Shown here: piece after piece, positions 1-9,478 of the stretch
How positions within the stretch are numbered: position 1 is the first letter of the stretch
Layout of the letters: each line of letters starts with the position of its first letter
Assembly (NCBI GenBank): GCA_030637025.1
Contig: DAOVVV010000024.1
Span: 1 to 39,878 of the forward strand
From: Clostridia bacterium
GTDB taxonomy: Bacteria; CBDUZB01; JAGLHV01
Length of the DNA stretch: 39,878 nucleotides
Direction of reading: 5' to 3'
Made by a program: the position numbers and the translations under genes
The notes under the pieces: model-generated
Databases searched by the model: none
What the model was told of the DNA's origin: nothing
Seen by the model: only the letters and a program-made list of their open reading frames with translations

Positions 1-15
1 AAAATTATTTATCTG

Positions 16-237
16 CTAACTTTTCTGAACCTGTTGTCTTTTTAAGTCTGCCAACTGCTTTTCTAATTCTACAATTCTATCTCTCGATTGCTGTGTAAAG
101 TTTTCTACTTCTTTTATAGAATTAGCATTATCCACTAATCGCCTTTCCATTCCAAAAAGAATAACGAACGCAAAAGCCACAGCCAATAACCAAGCCATTT
201 TTCCCCTCCTTTTCCATATATTATATTTTTGATTCAA
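16..237 (-). CDS. Small bitopic membrane protein with C-terminal coiled coil (FtsL/FtsB-like architecture), function unknown
   Basis: 73 aa: basic N-terminus, one hydrophobic helix (AWLLAVAFAFVILFG), heptad-like tail (IVELEKQLADLKRQ); starts 21 nt after mscS. Confidence 0.6.
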   Translation of the reverse strand: MNQKYNIWKRRGKMAWLLAVAFAFVILFGMERRLVDNANSIKEVENFTQQSRDRIVELEKQLADLKRQQVQKS

Positions 238-258
238 CTCAAAATCTACTTTATTAAT

Positions 259-1377
259 TTACTTTTTCACCCTTTTAAATGATTTATTTTCTTGGACGGA
301 ATTTGCTGTTATCAAATCCGAATCTAAATATAATGTCTGAGTAGGATAGGCAAATTCAATTCCTCGTTTTTCAAATTCTTCTTTAATAGCAAAGTTAATT
401 TCCTGCTGAGCATCCATATATTTGTTATAATCATTTCCCAAAACATAATAAACTGTCTCAAAAATAAGGCTAAAATCTCCGTATGTAGAAAAATGTGCTC
501 TGTCAAAAACTGTATCATTAATGCCTTTTATAATCCGGGTAATTATAATGGGTATTTCTTTTAACTGTTTTAAGCTGGTCTGGTAAGTAACGCCTAATTT
601 AAATACTACTCTGCGTTTACCCATTTTTTTATAGTTACGTAAACGAGAGCTGGTAAGATCCGCGTTAGAAAAAACCAATTGTTCTCCACTTAAACTACAT
701 ATCCGGGTTGTTTTAATGCCAATATGCTCAACTACCCCCAAATAATCCCCTACAATAACAAAATCACCGATTTCAAACGGACGATCGAGAAATATAGCAA
801 AATAACTAAGTAAATCGCCCAAAACCGACTGCACCGCTAAAGCTACCGCTATACCACCGATTCCCAACCCGGCAATTACTGTAGAAATTTTAAAACCCAG
901 GTTATCTAAAAGAAAAATAATACCCATTCCCCAGATAAAAACCTTTATTATTGTAATCATTGTCTGTACACTCTTTTTTTTCGCTATATCCTTTTCTTTT
1001 TTCATCCAATAAAATTCAAGAATATAAGCGACCATAGCTACAGAAAAACGAATGGTAAGAATAGTTAAAAGAGTTACCCCGAAAACATTAATTACTTTAG
1101 TCAAATAAGGACTCAAGATTAAACTGCGAATAGCTAAATAAAAAACACCAAAATAAAGCAATGGAATCAAGGCCTTTTCAAAAATACTAACCAAGAAATC
1201 ATCTATAGCCACAGTGGTTTTTTCTGTCCATTTTTTAAGCCGTTTTAAAACTATTTTTTTAAATAGTTTAATAGAAATAACGCCTACAATAAAGATTAAA
1301 ATACTAATAACATAATTTAAAAGAGTATTTTGAAAAACTGTCTTTTCTGTCAATAATGAAATAATATTCTGTAACAT
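259..1377 (-). CDS. mscS: Small-conductance mechanosensitive channel (MscS family)
   Basis: GLGIGGIAVALAVQ, DRPFEIGDFV, GVVEHIGIKTTRI, GIEFAYPTQT motifs; AAGGAG RBS. Confidence 0.93.
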   Translation of the reverse strand: MLQNIISLLTEKTVFQNTLLNYVISILIFIVGVISIKLFKKIVLKRLKKWTEKTTVAIDDFLVSIFEKALIPLLYFGVFYLAIRSLILSPYLTKVINVFGVTLLTILTIRFSVAMVAYILEFYWMKKEKDIAKKKSVQTMITIIKVFIWGMGIIFLLDNLGFKISTVIAGLGIGGIAVALAVQSVLGDLLSYFAIFLDRPFEIGDFVIVGDYLGVVEHIGIKTTRICSLSGEQLVFSNADLTSSRLRNYKKMGKRRVVFKLGVTYQTSLKQLKEIPIIITRIIKGINDTVFDRAHFSTYGDFSLIFETVYYVLGNDYNKYMDAQQEINFAIKEEFEKRGIEFAYPTQTLYLDSDLITANSVQENKSFKRVKK

Positions 1378-1406
1378 TTTACACTCTCCTTTTTTATTTT
1401 CTTACC

Positions 1407-2501
1407 TTACCGTAATTTTAACGAAGCTAAAGACACCAAAGAAAGAACAATCGCTATAACCCAAAACCGAATCACCACTTTAGGCTCTGCCCAACCTAAC
1501 AATTCAAAGTGATGATGCAAAGGAGCCATTTTAAATATTCTTTTTCCTCTAATTTTAAAGGAAATAACCTGTAAAATAACTGAAACCGCCTCAACAACAA
1601 AAATCCCCCCTACAATAATTAAAAGTAATTCCTGTTTTACTAAAATAGCTACTACCCCTATGGTTCCTCCCAAAAATAAAGAACCTGTATCTCCCATAAA
1701 TATCTCTGCCGGATAAGTATTAAACCATAAAAATCCCAACCCTGCTCCCACCATAGCTGCCAGTAAAACTACCAGCTCTCCACTATCCGAAACAGGGATA
1801 ATGCGCAAATACATACTAAACTTGAGATGGCCGGCAAAATAAGCAAAAATTGCATAAGTTAAAGCAGCAAAAACAATCGACCCGATGGCTAAACCATCTA
1901 ATCCATCGGTTAAATTAACCGCATTAGAAGCTCCTACAATAATAAAAAGAACCAATACAAAATAAAAAATGCCCAAATCTAAAAACAAATCTTTCATAAA
2001 AGGAATATTCACTTTGGTAACAAAATCAGCATTGGGAGGATAAAAATAAATATAGGTTACTAAAAAAAAAGCCAAAATTAATTGTCCTCCCACCTTATAT
2101 AAAGCCCTTAAACCTTTTGTATGTTTTTTAACCACCTTAAGATAATCATCTAAAAAACCCAATAAACCCAGCCATACAATAGAAATTATGCATAAAATGA
2201 TAAAAGGATTAGTTAATTTAGCCCAGAGAAAGGTCGAAATTAAAAGCACCAGCAATATGATTATACCACCCATAGTAGGAGTCCCTGCTTTAGACAAATG
2301 AGTAGGAGGACCTTCCGGACGAATATGTTGTCCGATATGTAATCTTTTAAAAGTTTTTATCATCCGGGGAGCTAAAAAAAAGCTAACAACTAAAGAAGTT
2401 ATTATTGCGCCACTTGCCCGAAAAGTAATATATTGAAATACATTAAAAGGAGAGAAATATACCTGAAGAGGATAAAGAAAATGGTAAAACATATAATACA
2501 C
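1407..2501 (-). CDS. mraY: Phospho-N-acetylmuramoyl-pentapeptide transferase
   Basis: KAGTPTMGG, GFLDDY, NAVNLTDGLDGLA, FMGDTGSL, MAPLHHHFE motifs. Confidence 0.98.
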   Translation of the reverse strand: MYYMFYHFLYPLQVYFSPFNVFQYITFRASGAIITSLVVSFFLAPRMIKTFKRLHIGQHIRPEGPPTHLSKAGTPTMGGIIILLVLLISTFLWAKLTNPFIILCIISIVWLGLLGFLDDYLKVVKKHTKGLRALYKVGGQLILAFFLVTYIYFYPPNADFVTKVNIPFMKDLFLDLGIFYFVLVLFIIVGASNAVNLTDGLDGLAIGSIVFAALTYAIFAYFAGHLKFSMYLRIIPVSDSGELVVLLAAMVGAGLGFLWFNTYPAEIFMGDTGSLFLGGTIGVVAILVKQELLLIIVGGIFVVEAVSVILQVISFKIRGKRIFKMAPLHHHFELLGWAEPKVVIRFWVIAIVLSLVSLASLKLR

Positions 2502-2515
2502 CCCCTTTTTATTAA

Positions 2516-3925
2516 CTATTTATTTTTTAATCCCTTTACTATTTCTTCCATTTTCATTGCTCTGGAAGCTTTAAATAAAAGCGTATCTTTTTTTTCCACG
2601 ATTTTTTTTAATTCAAAAGCTAATTTTTTTCTATCCTTAAAAACAAAAATATTTTCTTTTTTCATGCCTGCTTTTTTCGCCTCTTGAGCGATAAAAATAG
2701 ATAAATCTCCCAAAGTAAATAAAAGATCACAAGCTTTTGCCGCTATTTTTCCTGTTTTTTTATGTTCCTTAACAGTATCTTTTCCTAATTCTAACATATC
2801 ACCCAAAATTAATATTTTCTTTCCTTGCGAAAATTTCTTCGAAAATGCAAGAATAGCATTTTTCATAGAAACAGGATTAGCATTATAAGCATCATTTATA
2901 ATTTCAATACCTTTAAAAGATATCTTTTGCATACGCATAGGAATGGGAGAAAAATTTTCTAAAGCTTGTTTAATTAAGGAAAAATCTATATTCAAATTCA
3001 AACCAATGGCACTTGCTGCCAACGCATTATAAATATTAAAAACACCTAACATAGGCAATCTGATTTTTCCGCTTTTGTTTTTTATGTGTAATTTAAACTC
3101 TATGCCGTAAGATAAATTTTTTATGTCAGTTGCATAAATATCCCCCTGATTTTTTATTCCATAGGTCAAATATTTACATTTTATTTTATTTGTTTCTAAA
3201 CCTTTTTTTAACCAAATATTATCTATATTTAAAATCGCTACACCTTTTTTCAAGGATAAAGCATTTACTAATTCCATTTTCCCCGATAATACATTTTTAA
3301 GAGAACCAAAAGACTCAAGATGAGCATTAGAAACATTAGTAATCAATCCTACCTGAGGATCGGAAATCTGCGCTAAACGCGCAATTTCCCCCCTATTGCT
3401 TGCTCCCATCTCCAAAATACATATACGATGTTTTTCTTCTAACTTTAAAAGGGTTAACGGTAATCCTATCTGATTATTCAAATTGCCTTCCGTAGCTAAT
3501 ACAGGAAATTTAAGTTTTAAAATAGAAAAAATCATTTCCTTAGTAGTAGTCTTTCCATTACTTCCGGTAATCCCCACCACCAAACAATTCAACATCTTAC
3601 GATAATACCCGGCTAATTCCTGCAGAGCAATAAGAGTATCGTCAACTTTAATTACCAATAAATCAGAATAATTCTGCTTTTTGCTGATAATTAAATTCAA
3701 CCATGAAGGAACTCGAGAAAGAACTATTCCCAAAGCGCCTTTCCTAATTGCTTCTCTAATAAACTTATGTCCATCAAAGTTTTCACCTTTCAAAGCAATA
3801 AATAAATCTTTTTGTTTTAATTTTCTGGTATCAATAGAAATACTTTTTATTATCTTCCTCTTCCCTCTTTGAAGTACTTTTCCTTTAATTACTTCTATTA
3901 ATTTTTCTATACTAATTTTTTTCAT
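2516..3925 (-). CDS. murF: UDP-MurNAc-tripeptide--D-Ala-D-Ala ligase
   Basis: GITGSNGKTTTKEM, NLNNQIGLPLTL, DAYNANPVSM, LGDMLELG, KASR motifs; dcw position. Confidence 0.97.
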   Translation of the reverse strand: MKKISIEKLIEVIKGKVLQRGKRKIIKSISIDTRKLKQKDLFIALKGENFDGHKFIREAIRKGALGIVLSRVPSWLNLIISKKQNYSDLLVIKVDDTLIALQELAGYYRKMLNCLVVGITGSNGKTTTKEMIFSILKLKFPVLATEGNLNNQIGLPLTLLKLEEKHRICILEMGASNRGEIARLAQISDPQVGLITNVSNAHLESFGSLKNVLSGKMELVNALSLKKGVAILNIDNIWLKKGLETNKIKCKYLTYGIKNQGDIYATDIKNLSYGIEFKLHIKNKSGKIRLPMLGVFNIYNALAASAIGLNLNIDFSLIKQALENFSPIPMRMQKISFKGIEIINDAYNANPVSMKNAILAFSKKFSQGKKILILGDMLELGKDTVKEHKKTGKIAAKACDLLFTLGDLSIFIAQEAKKAGMKKENIFVFKDRKKLAFELKKIVEKKDTLLFKASRAMKMEEIVKGLKNK

Positions 3926-5409
3926 TTTTTTCCTTTATTCTTTTCTTTTAACATATCTCTTACTATTTTACGTTCATCAAAAGGAATAATTGCCGCTAAA
4001 ATCTGACAGGTTTCATGACCCTTTCCTGCAATAAGCACAAAATCATTTTCAGTTGCGTAATCCAAAGCTTCTTTTATTGCTTTACGCCTATCCAAAACAA
4101 CTCTATAATTAGTGAAATCTATTCTTTTTATACCAACTTCAATATCGGTAACAATTTTCATGGGATTTTCACTACGGGGATTATCAGAAGTAATCCAGAC
4201 AAAATCACTATTTTTTGCAGCTATTTCTCCCATTAAAGGGCGTTTACTTCTATCCCTGTCTCCGCCACATCCAAAAACAGTAATAATTCTTTTAGGATTT
4301 AAATGACGCGCAGTTTGTATAGTCCTTTCCAGTGCATCCGGACTATGAGCAAAATCTACCACACAAGTAAAATTCTGTCCTTCGGAAATTACTTCAAACC
4401 TGCCCGGAACAAATTTTAAACTTTCCAGTCCTTTCTTAATTTTATCTATTGAAATACCCATGGTTTGTGCAGCAGCACTGCTGGCTAAAGCATTATAAAC
4501 ATTATGCAGCCCAATAAGATTTAAAGTAATAGAAATTTCCCCTTGAGGGGTACAAAGAATAAAAGAAGTATAGTTTAAATTAAATTCTATTCTTTTAGCA
4601 AAAAAATCCCCTTTGTTTTCAATACCATAGCTAATTATCGAAACAGTTGTATGTTTCATTATATATTCGCATGCCTTATCATCATTATTTATTATAGCAA
4701 ATTTTTGTCCTTTTTTTCTTGAATTTTTACCTAATTCTGTAAACAATTTTGTTTTAGCTTTTAAATATTCTTCCATTGTCCGGTGATAGTTTAAATGATC
4801 AGGAGTTAAATTAGTAAAAATTGCTATATCATATTCACAATTTACTACCCGCTGTTGCATTAGGGCATGAGAAGAAACTTCCATAACTGCAATATCAAAA
4901 TTGTCTTCCACCATTTTAGCTAAAATTTTCTGTAGTTCCACACTGCTGGGGGTGGTGGTAAAGGAAGGAATTATTTTATTACCCAACCGATAAGAAACGG
5001 TTCCCAACACTCCTGCTTTGTTTTTATTTGCAGAAAAAATTGATTCTAAAAAATAAGTAGTAGTTGTTTTCCCATTGGTTCCTGTAACACCTATCATCTT
5101 AAGTTTTCTGGAAGGATCTTTATAAAAGGCAGAAGATAAAACCGCCAAAGAATAACGGGCATCCGGGGTAATAATTAAAGTAATATCTCCAATATCCATT
5201 TTTCTTTCCGTTACAATTACTGTTGCCCCATTAGATAAAGCCGAAGAGATATATTTTTCTCCATTTTCTTTTTCCCCTTTTATACAAACAAAAATAAAAT
5301 TTTCCTTCACCTGACGGGAATCATTAGTAATACCTTCAACTATTAAATCCGTCCGGCCATAAATTTTTTTATGTTTTAAATAATCAAGTATTTCCTTTAA
5401 ATTTATCAT
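3922..5409 (-). CDS. murE: UDP-MurNAc-L-Ala-D-Glu--meso-DAP ligase
   Basis: GVTGTNGKTT, MEVSSH, DFAHSPD, FGCGGDRD, DNPR (mDAP-type motif), AGKGHE. Confidence 0.97.
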   Translation of the reverse strand: MINLKEILDYLKHKKIYGRTDLIVEGITNDSRQVKENFIFVCIKGEKENGEKYISSALSNGATVIVTERKMDIGDITLIITPDARYSLAVLSSAFYKDPSRKLKMIGVTGTNGKTTTTYFLESIFSANKNKAGVLGTVSYRLGNKIIPSFTTTPSSVELQKILAKMVEDNFDIAVMEVSSHALMQQRVVNCEYDIAIFTNLTPDHLNYHRTMEEYLKAKTKLFTELGKNSRKKGQKFAIINNDDKACEYIMKHTTVSIISYGIENKGDFFAKRIEFNLNYTSFILCTPQGEISITLNLIGLHNVYNALASSAAAQTMGISIDKIKKGLESLKFVPGRFEVISEGQNFTCVVDFAHSPDALERTIQTARHLNPKRIITVFGCGGDRDRSKRPLMGEIAAKNSDFVWITSDNPRSENPMKIVTDIEVGIKRIDFTNYRVVLDRRKAIKEALDYATENDFVLIAGKGHETCQILAAIIPFDERKIVRDMLKEKNKGKK

Positions 5410-7096
5410 TTTTTATTATTTCTTTTTCCGCCTGAAAAACAAGCGTGGAATCTTTTTGAGGAAGTATATTTAAATAATTCATTACCTGAAAACCTACCTG
5501 GGAAAAAACAGGTGCCGCGACAACTCCACCCCAATAATTTTTTTGTGGTTCATCAAAAATCACTAAAATTGTTATTTGAGGATTATCCGAAGGTAAAAAA
5601 CCCACAAAAGAAGCAATATATTTATTTTTTTCATAAGTATTAGTTTTAAAATTTATTTTCTGAGCCGTACCTGTTTTTCCTGCTACCGGATACCCACAAA
5701 TAGCCGCTTCCCTCCCCGTTCCGTCATTTACTACTCCTTCTAATATTTCCACCATCATTTTTGCCGTAGAAGGAGAAACTACCTGCCGTACTTTTACCAG
5801 ACGAAAATCTTTAACAAGCTCGTCCTTTGCATTTACCACAGACTTTACAATTCGGGGTTGCATAAGAACTCCGGAATTTCCAATACAGGAAAAAGCAGAG
5901 ATTAGTTGAATTGCCGTCACTCCTATTTCCTGGCCAAAAGAAATAGAAGATACCGACCGATTTGTCCATCGAGTGGGTGAATGTAAAATTCCTTTTACTT
6001 CATTAGGAAGGTCTATACCTGTAAGATTTCCAAAACCGAAATTTCGTACATATTTATAAAAATCCCTGTTATTCATACGAAAAGCAATCTTAGTCATACC
6101 AATATTGCTGGATTTTTCCATTACTTCATCAAAGGTTAACCAATCTTCTTTTTCATGATCATGGATATAAAATCCTTTTATGTAATACTTGCCGTTTTCA
6201 CAAAATATTTTTTCTTTGCGACTAACGACCCCTTCTTCTAAACTTGCCGCAGCAGTTACCACTTTAAAAGTAGAACCAGGTTCAAAAATATCAGTAACAG
6301 CCGGAGACTTTAAATATTTAATATTAAACGCATCTATTTTGTTAGGATTAAAATCAGGATAATTAGCCATTGCTAATATTTCACCGCTTTTCGTGTTTTG
6401 CACAATAATAGTCGCTGCTTTTGATTTTGTTTTTATAAAGGCTTTTCTTAATTCTTTTTCTGCAATATATTGAATCACTTCATCTATAGTAAGAATTACA
6501 TCACACCCAACAAAATGCATGCCGTCTTTAGTTGCCTTTACATTTTTTTTACCTTTTCGTCGAAGATAAGAATCAAAGAAGTATTCTATTCCGGCCAATC
6601 CCTGGTTATCTAAACCGGCTACCCCTATAACCTGACAGGCCAATCTATTCTGGGGATAAAAACGTTTTTCTTCTTTTATAAAACCAATTCCCGGAAAATT
6701 TTCTCTTTTAATTCTCTCCGCAATCTCCGGATTAAGTTTCCTTTTTATCCACACAAAAGACCTGTGGGATTTTAATTTTTTTAAAGTTTTCTTATAATCT
6801 AAATTTAAAATAGAACAAAGTTTACGCACATAGATTTTATGGTTTTTCATCTTATAAGGAATTGCATAACAGGAATCCACCATAATACTTACCGCTAATT
6901 CTTTTCCATTACGGTCATAAATACTTCCCCTGCTAACTTGAGGCAAATTAGAAGGACCACGAACTCTTTGATTCCGGCTCTTTTCAGAATAAAATTGATG
7001 TTGAGCAATTTGAATATGCCCTAATCTAAAAGCAAGAAATAAAAAACATAAAAAAATACCACAAAAAACAAATTTGATTCTTCCTTTAGAAATCAA
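5384..7096 (-). CDS. ftsI: Cell-division transpeptidase PBP3
   Basis: N-terminal TM, RGSIYDRNG, EPGSTFK (SxxK), SSN (SxN), KTGTAQ; TTG start with GGAGG RBS. Confidence 0.95.
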   Translation of the reverse strand: MISKGRIKFVFCGIFLCFLFLAFRLGHIQIAQHQFYSEKSRNQRVRGPSNLPQVSRGSIYDRNGKELAVSIMVDSCYAIPYKMKNHKIYVRKLCSILNLDYKKTLKKLKSHRSFVWIKRKLNPEIAERIKRENFPGIGFIKEEKRFYPQNRLACQVIGVAGLDNQGLAGIEYFFDSYLRRKGKKNVKATKDGMHFVGCDVILTIDEVIQYIAEKELRKAFIKTKSKAATIIVQNTKSGEILAMANYPDFNPNKIDAFNIKYLKSPAVTDIFEPGSTFKVVTAAASLEEGVVSRKEKIFCENGKYYIKGFYIHDHEKEDWLTFDEVMEKSSNIGMTKIAFRMNNRDFYKYVRNFGFGNLTGIDLPNEVKGILHSPTRWTNRSVSSISFGQEIGVTAIQLISAFSCIGNSGVLMQPRIVKSVVNAKDELVKDFRLVKVRQVVSPSTAKMMVEILEGVVNDGTGREAAICGYPVAGKTGTAQKINFKTNTYEKNKYIASFVGFLPSDNPQITILVIFDEPQKNYWGGVVAAPVFSQVGFQVMNYLNILPQKDSTLVFQAEKEIIKNDKFKGNT

Positions 7097-7194
7097 AATA
7101 TATCCTCCCCCTTCCCTGCTGAAAATTTATTCCTGCAGTTAATACCGAAAAATATAAACTAAACTATTTTTTGACCAAGGAATCTATTACATCC

Positions 7195-7464
7195 TTATTC
7201 AAATATAACAATTACATCATTTTTGCCCGGAGAAACTAATCCCAGTTTTTTTCTTGCAATTTTTTCTACTCTGCCTAAAGAAGTCAGTTCATTCAAACGA
7301 ATTTTTAAATATCTATTGTTATTTTTAAAAAATTGAATATCTTTTTCCAAACAATTTATTTTATAATCCGTTTCCACTCTCTGAACACTTTGCCAGACAT
7401 AAAATAAAAAAATTATTAAACTCATTAAAAAAATCTGCAAATAAGAACCTATACTCTTATACAT
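7195..7464 (-). CDS. ftsL: Cell division protein FtsL
   Basis: Single TM plus coiled coil, RVEKIARKKLGL motif, located between rsmH and ftsI. Confidence 0.88.
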   Translation of the reverse strand: MYKSIGSYLQIFLMSLIIFLFYVWQSVQRVETDYKINCLEKDIQFFKNNNRYLKIRLNELTSLGRVEKIARKKLGLVSPGKNDVIVIFE

Positions 7465-7467
7465 TTT

Positions 7468-8400
7468 TTAATTTTTCTCAGCTACTCTTAACTTGGCACT
7501 TCGTGCCCTGGGATTAATTTGTATTTCTTTTTTAGTAGGTAAAATTGGTTTTTTGGTTAAAATATTCAAAATTTTTTTTCGGCCACAAACACATACCGGA
7601 ATCTCTTCAGGACAAGAACATACGCCTGAAAATTCCCTGAATTTATTTTTTACAATACGGTCTTCCAGAGAATGAAAGGAAATAGCCGCTATTCTACCCC
7701 CTTTTTTTAAAAACTCTACTGCCTGGCTTAGCCCTTGTTCTATATTTTCTAACTCTTTATTTACTTCTATGCGTAAAGCCTGGAATGTTTTGGTAGCTAA
7801 ATGAATTTTAGAATAAAATTTATAAGGAATTGCCTGTTTTATAACATTTACTAATTGTTCTGTTGTAACTATCTGTTCATTTTGTCTTGTTTTCACAATG
7901 TTTTTTGCTATCAAAGAAGCATATTTTTCTTCTCCGTACCGATAAATAATAGTTTCTATTTGTTTACGCGTAAAATTATTTACAATATCTTTAGCAATAA
8001 AAGGAACCCTTTTATCCATACGCATATCTAAATATCCTTTACGTTTGAAACTAAAACCTCTTTCGCTATTTTCTATTTGAAAAGAAGAAACTCCAAAATC
8101 AAAAAGAATACCATCTACTTTTGTTATCTTTTTTTCTTTTATAATTTTTCTTAAATTATAAAAGTTATCCCGAACATAAATAATATTATCTTTATATCGA
8201 ACAAGTTTTTTTTTTGCTAAATTTATTGCATCTTCATCGCAATCAATACCAACCAATTTTCCCGATGAACCGATTTTTTTTAAAATTTCCTGTGCATGTC
8301 CTCCCAATCCTAAAGTACAATCAACATAAACCCCCCCCTCTTTGCAATTTAAAAATTCTATTACTTCATTTAAGAGAACGGGATTATGACTATACATCAT
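7468..8400 (-). CDS. rsmH: 16S rRNA m4C1402 methyltransferase
   Basis: HNPVLLNEV, DCTLGLGGH, DFGVSS, FQALRIEVN, ISFHSLEDR, NPRARSAKLR. Confidence 0.98.
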   Translation of the reverse strand: MMYSHNPVLLNEVIEFLNCKEGGVYVDCTLGLGGHAQEILKKIGSSGKLVGIDCDEDAINLAKKKLVRYKDNIIYVRDNFYNLRKIIKEKKITKVDGILFDFGVSSFQIENSERGFSFKRKGYLDMRMDKRVPFIAKDIVNNFTRKQIETIIYRYGEEKYASLIAKNIVKTRQNEQIVTTEQLVNVIKQAIPYKFYSKIHLATKTFQALRIEVNKELENIEQGLSQAVEFLKKGGRIAAISFHSLEDRIVKNKFREFSGVCSCPEEIPVCVCGRKKILNILTKKPILPTKKEIQINPRARSAKLRVAEKN

Positions 8401-8506
8401 TATAATCCTGTATCTCGCCGTAAAGTATTTTCACCAAAGATTAACATTGTATTTCCCTTTCTTCCCGGCAAGTTATTTACAACAAACATTTCCATAACAA
8501 ATAAAC

Positions 8507-8944
8507 TTATATTCCCAATTCCACCAACTCTTCACTAACTTTGGCAAATTTAGTATATGATTTTTTAGAATAAACCGACCATTTCCTTTTACTCCAAATT
8601 TCTATTCTATCCATAACCCCAATAATAACTATTTCTTTTACTATCCCGGCATAACTACATAAATTTTTAGGCACTAAAATACGCCCCTGACTATCAAGAG
8701 TAGTCTGTGTAGCCCCGGAAAGAAAAATACGCATAAATGCTCTGGCATCCGCTTTAGTCAAGGGTAACTTTCCCAGTTTAGTTTCTATATTTTTCCATCC
8801 CTCTAAATCATACATAAAAAGGCACTGTTCTAAACCATAGGTTAAAATAAATTCCTTTTTTCCCTTTTTTGAAGAACGAAATTTGGATGGAATAAATAAA
8901 CGATTTTTTTTATCGAGTGAATGTTGAAAAAATCCTGCCAGCAT
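8507..8944 (-). CDS. mraZ: Division/cell wall cluster transcriptional regulator MraZ
   Basis: Two DxxxR motifs (DKKNRL, DSQGRI), GVMDRIEIW; first gene of dcw cluster. Confidence 0.97.
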   Translation of the reverse strand: MLAGFFQHSLDKKNRLFIPSKFRSSKKGKKEFILTYGLEQCLFMYDLEGWKNIETKLGKLPLTKADARAFMRIFLSGATQTTLDSQGRILVPKNLCSYAGIVKEIVIIGVMDRIEIWSKRKWSVYSKKSYTKFAKVSEELVELGI

Positions 8945-8954
8945 ATAAATTCCC

Positions 8955-8980
8955 CCACTTTACACCACTTTTAACCACTT
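8955..8980 (-). promoter_or_regulatory. MraZ operator: three AAGTGG repeats at 10-bp period
   Basis: + strand ccactt at 8955, 8965 and 8975, between promoter and mraZ start; matches known GTGG-type MraZ boxes. Confidence 0.88.
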
Positions 8981-8985
8981 CGGCA

Positions 8986-9014
8986 AGTATACAATAATCG
9001 TTTTTTTTTGTCAA
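8986..9014 (-). promoter_or_regulatory. Sigma70-type promoter of dcw operon
   Basis: TTGACA (9014-9009), 17-nt spacer, TATACT (8991-8986). Confidence 0.85.
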
Positions 9015-9098
9015 GTTTTTTGTACAACTTTTCAAGCAAAGTAATTTATTTAAAAATCACACGAAAATAAGTCAGATAGAGAAAAAAATATTTTGGCT

Positions 9099-9306
9099 TT
9101 AACAATCAACCTTAAAGAAAAAATAAAGGCAAAATATATTTTGAACGACTTAGCGAATTTTAGAAAAAATAAGCGTTAAAAAAATGATCCTGTCTGAGCA
9201 AAGCGAATTGCTCATTTTTAGCTTATTTTTGCGTGCCCGCAGGGTAAAATTACGCGTTTAGAGAAAAACATATTTTACCTTTATTTTCCCTAATTAGTCT
9301 TGTTAA
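9099..9306. repeat. Long nested imperfect inverted repeat, REP/MITE-like element
   Basis: 9119-9142 pairs with 9265-9288; 9165-9174 pairs with 9221-9230; central TGAGCAA/TTGCTCA hairpin at 9195-9214; outer TTAACAA/TTGTTAA. Confidence 0.65.
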
Positions 9307-9329
9307 GTAATTGATTTTTTTGTTTTTGT

Positions 9330-9360
9330 CTATGGACTATCGACTGTGGACTATGGACTA
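9330..9360. repeat. Short 7-bp tandem repeat (about 4.4 copies)
   Basis: ctatgga-ctatcga-ctgtgga-ctatgga-cta. Confidence 0.8.
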
Positions 9361-9421
9361 TTCTTTCTTTTTAATTTATTTACGCATGCCCCTTTATTTA
9401 AATATCGTTTAATCTTTAAAT

Positions 9422-9475
9422 AAAAAAGGCCTTTTATTATTAACCTATTAAAAAGCTAATAACAAAAGACCCTTT
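9422..9475 (-). terminator. Probable intrinsic terminator after rnpB
   Basis: Minus-strand stem AAAGGGTCTTTTGTTATTA / TAATAATAAAAGGCCTTTT (includes G-U pairs) ending in a U run. Confidence 0.65.
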
Positions 9476-9478
9476 ATC

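Noticed and set aside
324-518. 64-aa minus-strand ORF
   Set aside because: Out-of-frame inside mscS
9099-9306. 6S RNA interpretation of the long hairpin
   Set aside because: The length is similar, but I see no recognisable 6S central-bubble motifs or usual zapA/ygfA context; the REP-like motifs favour a repeat element
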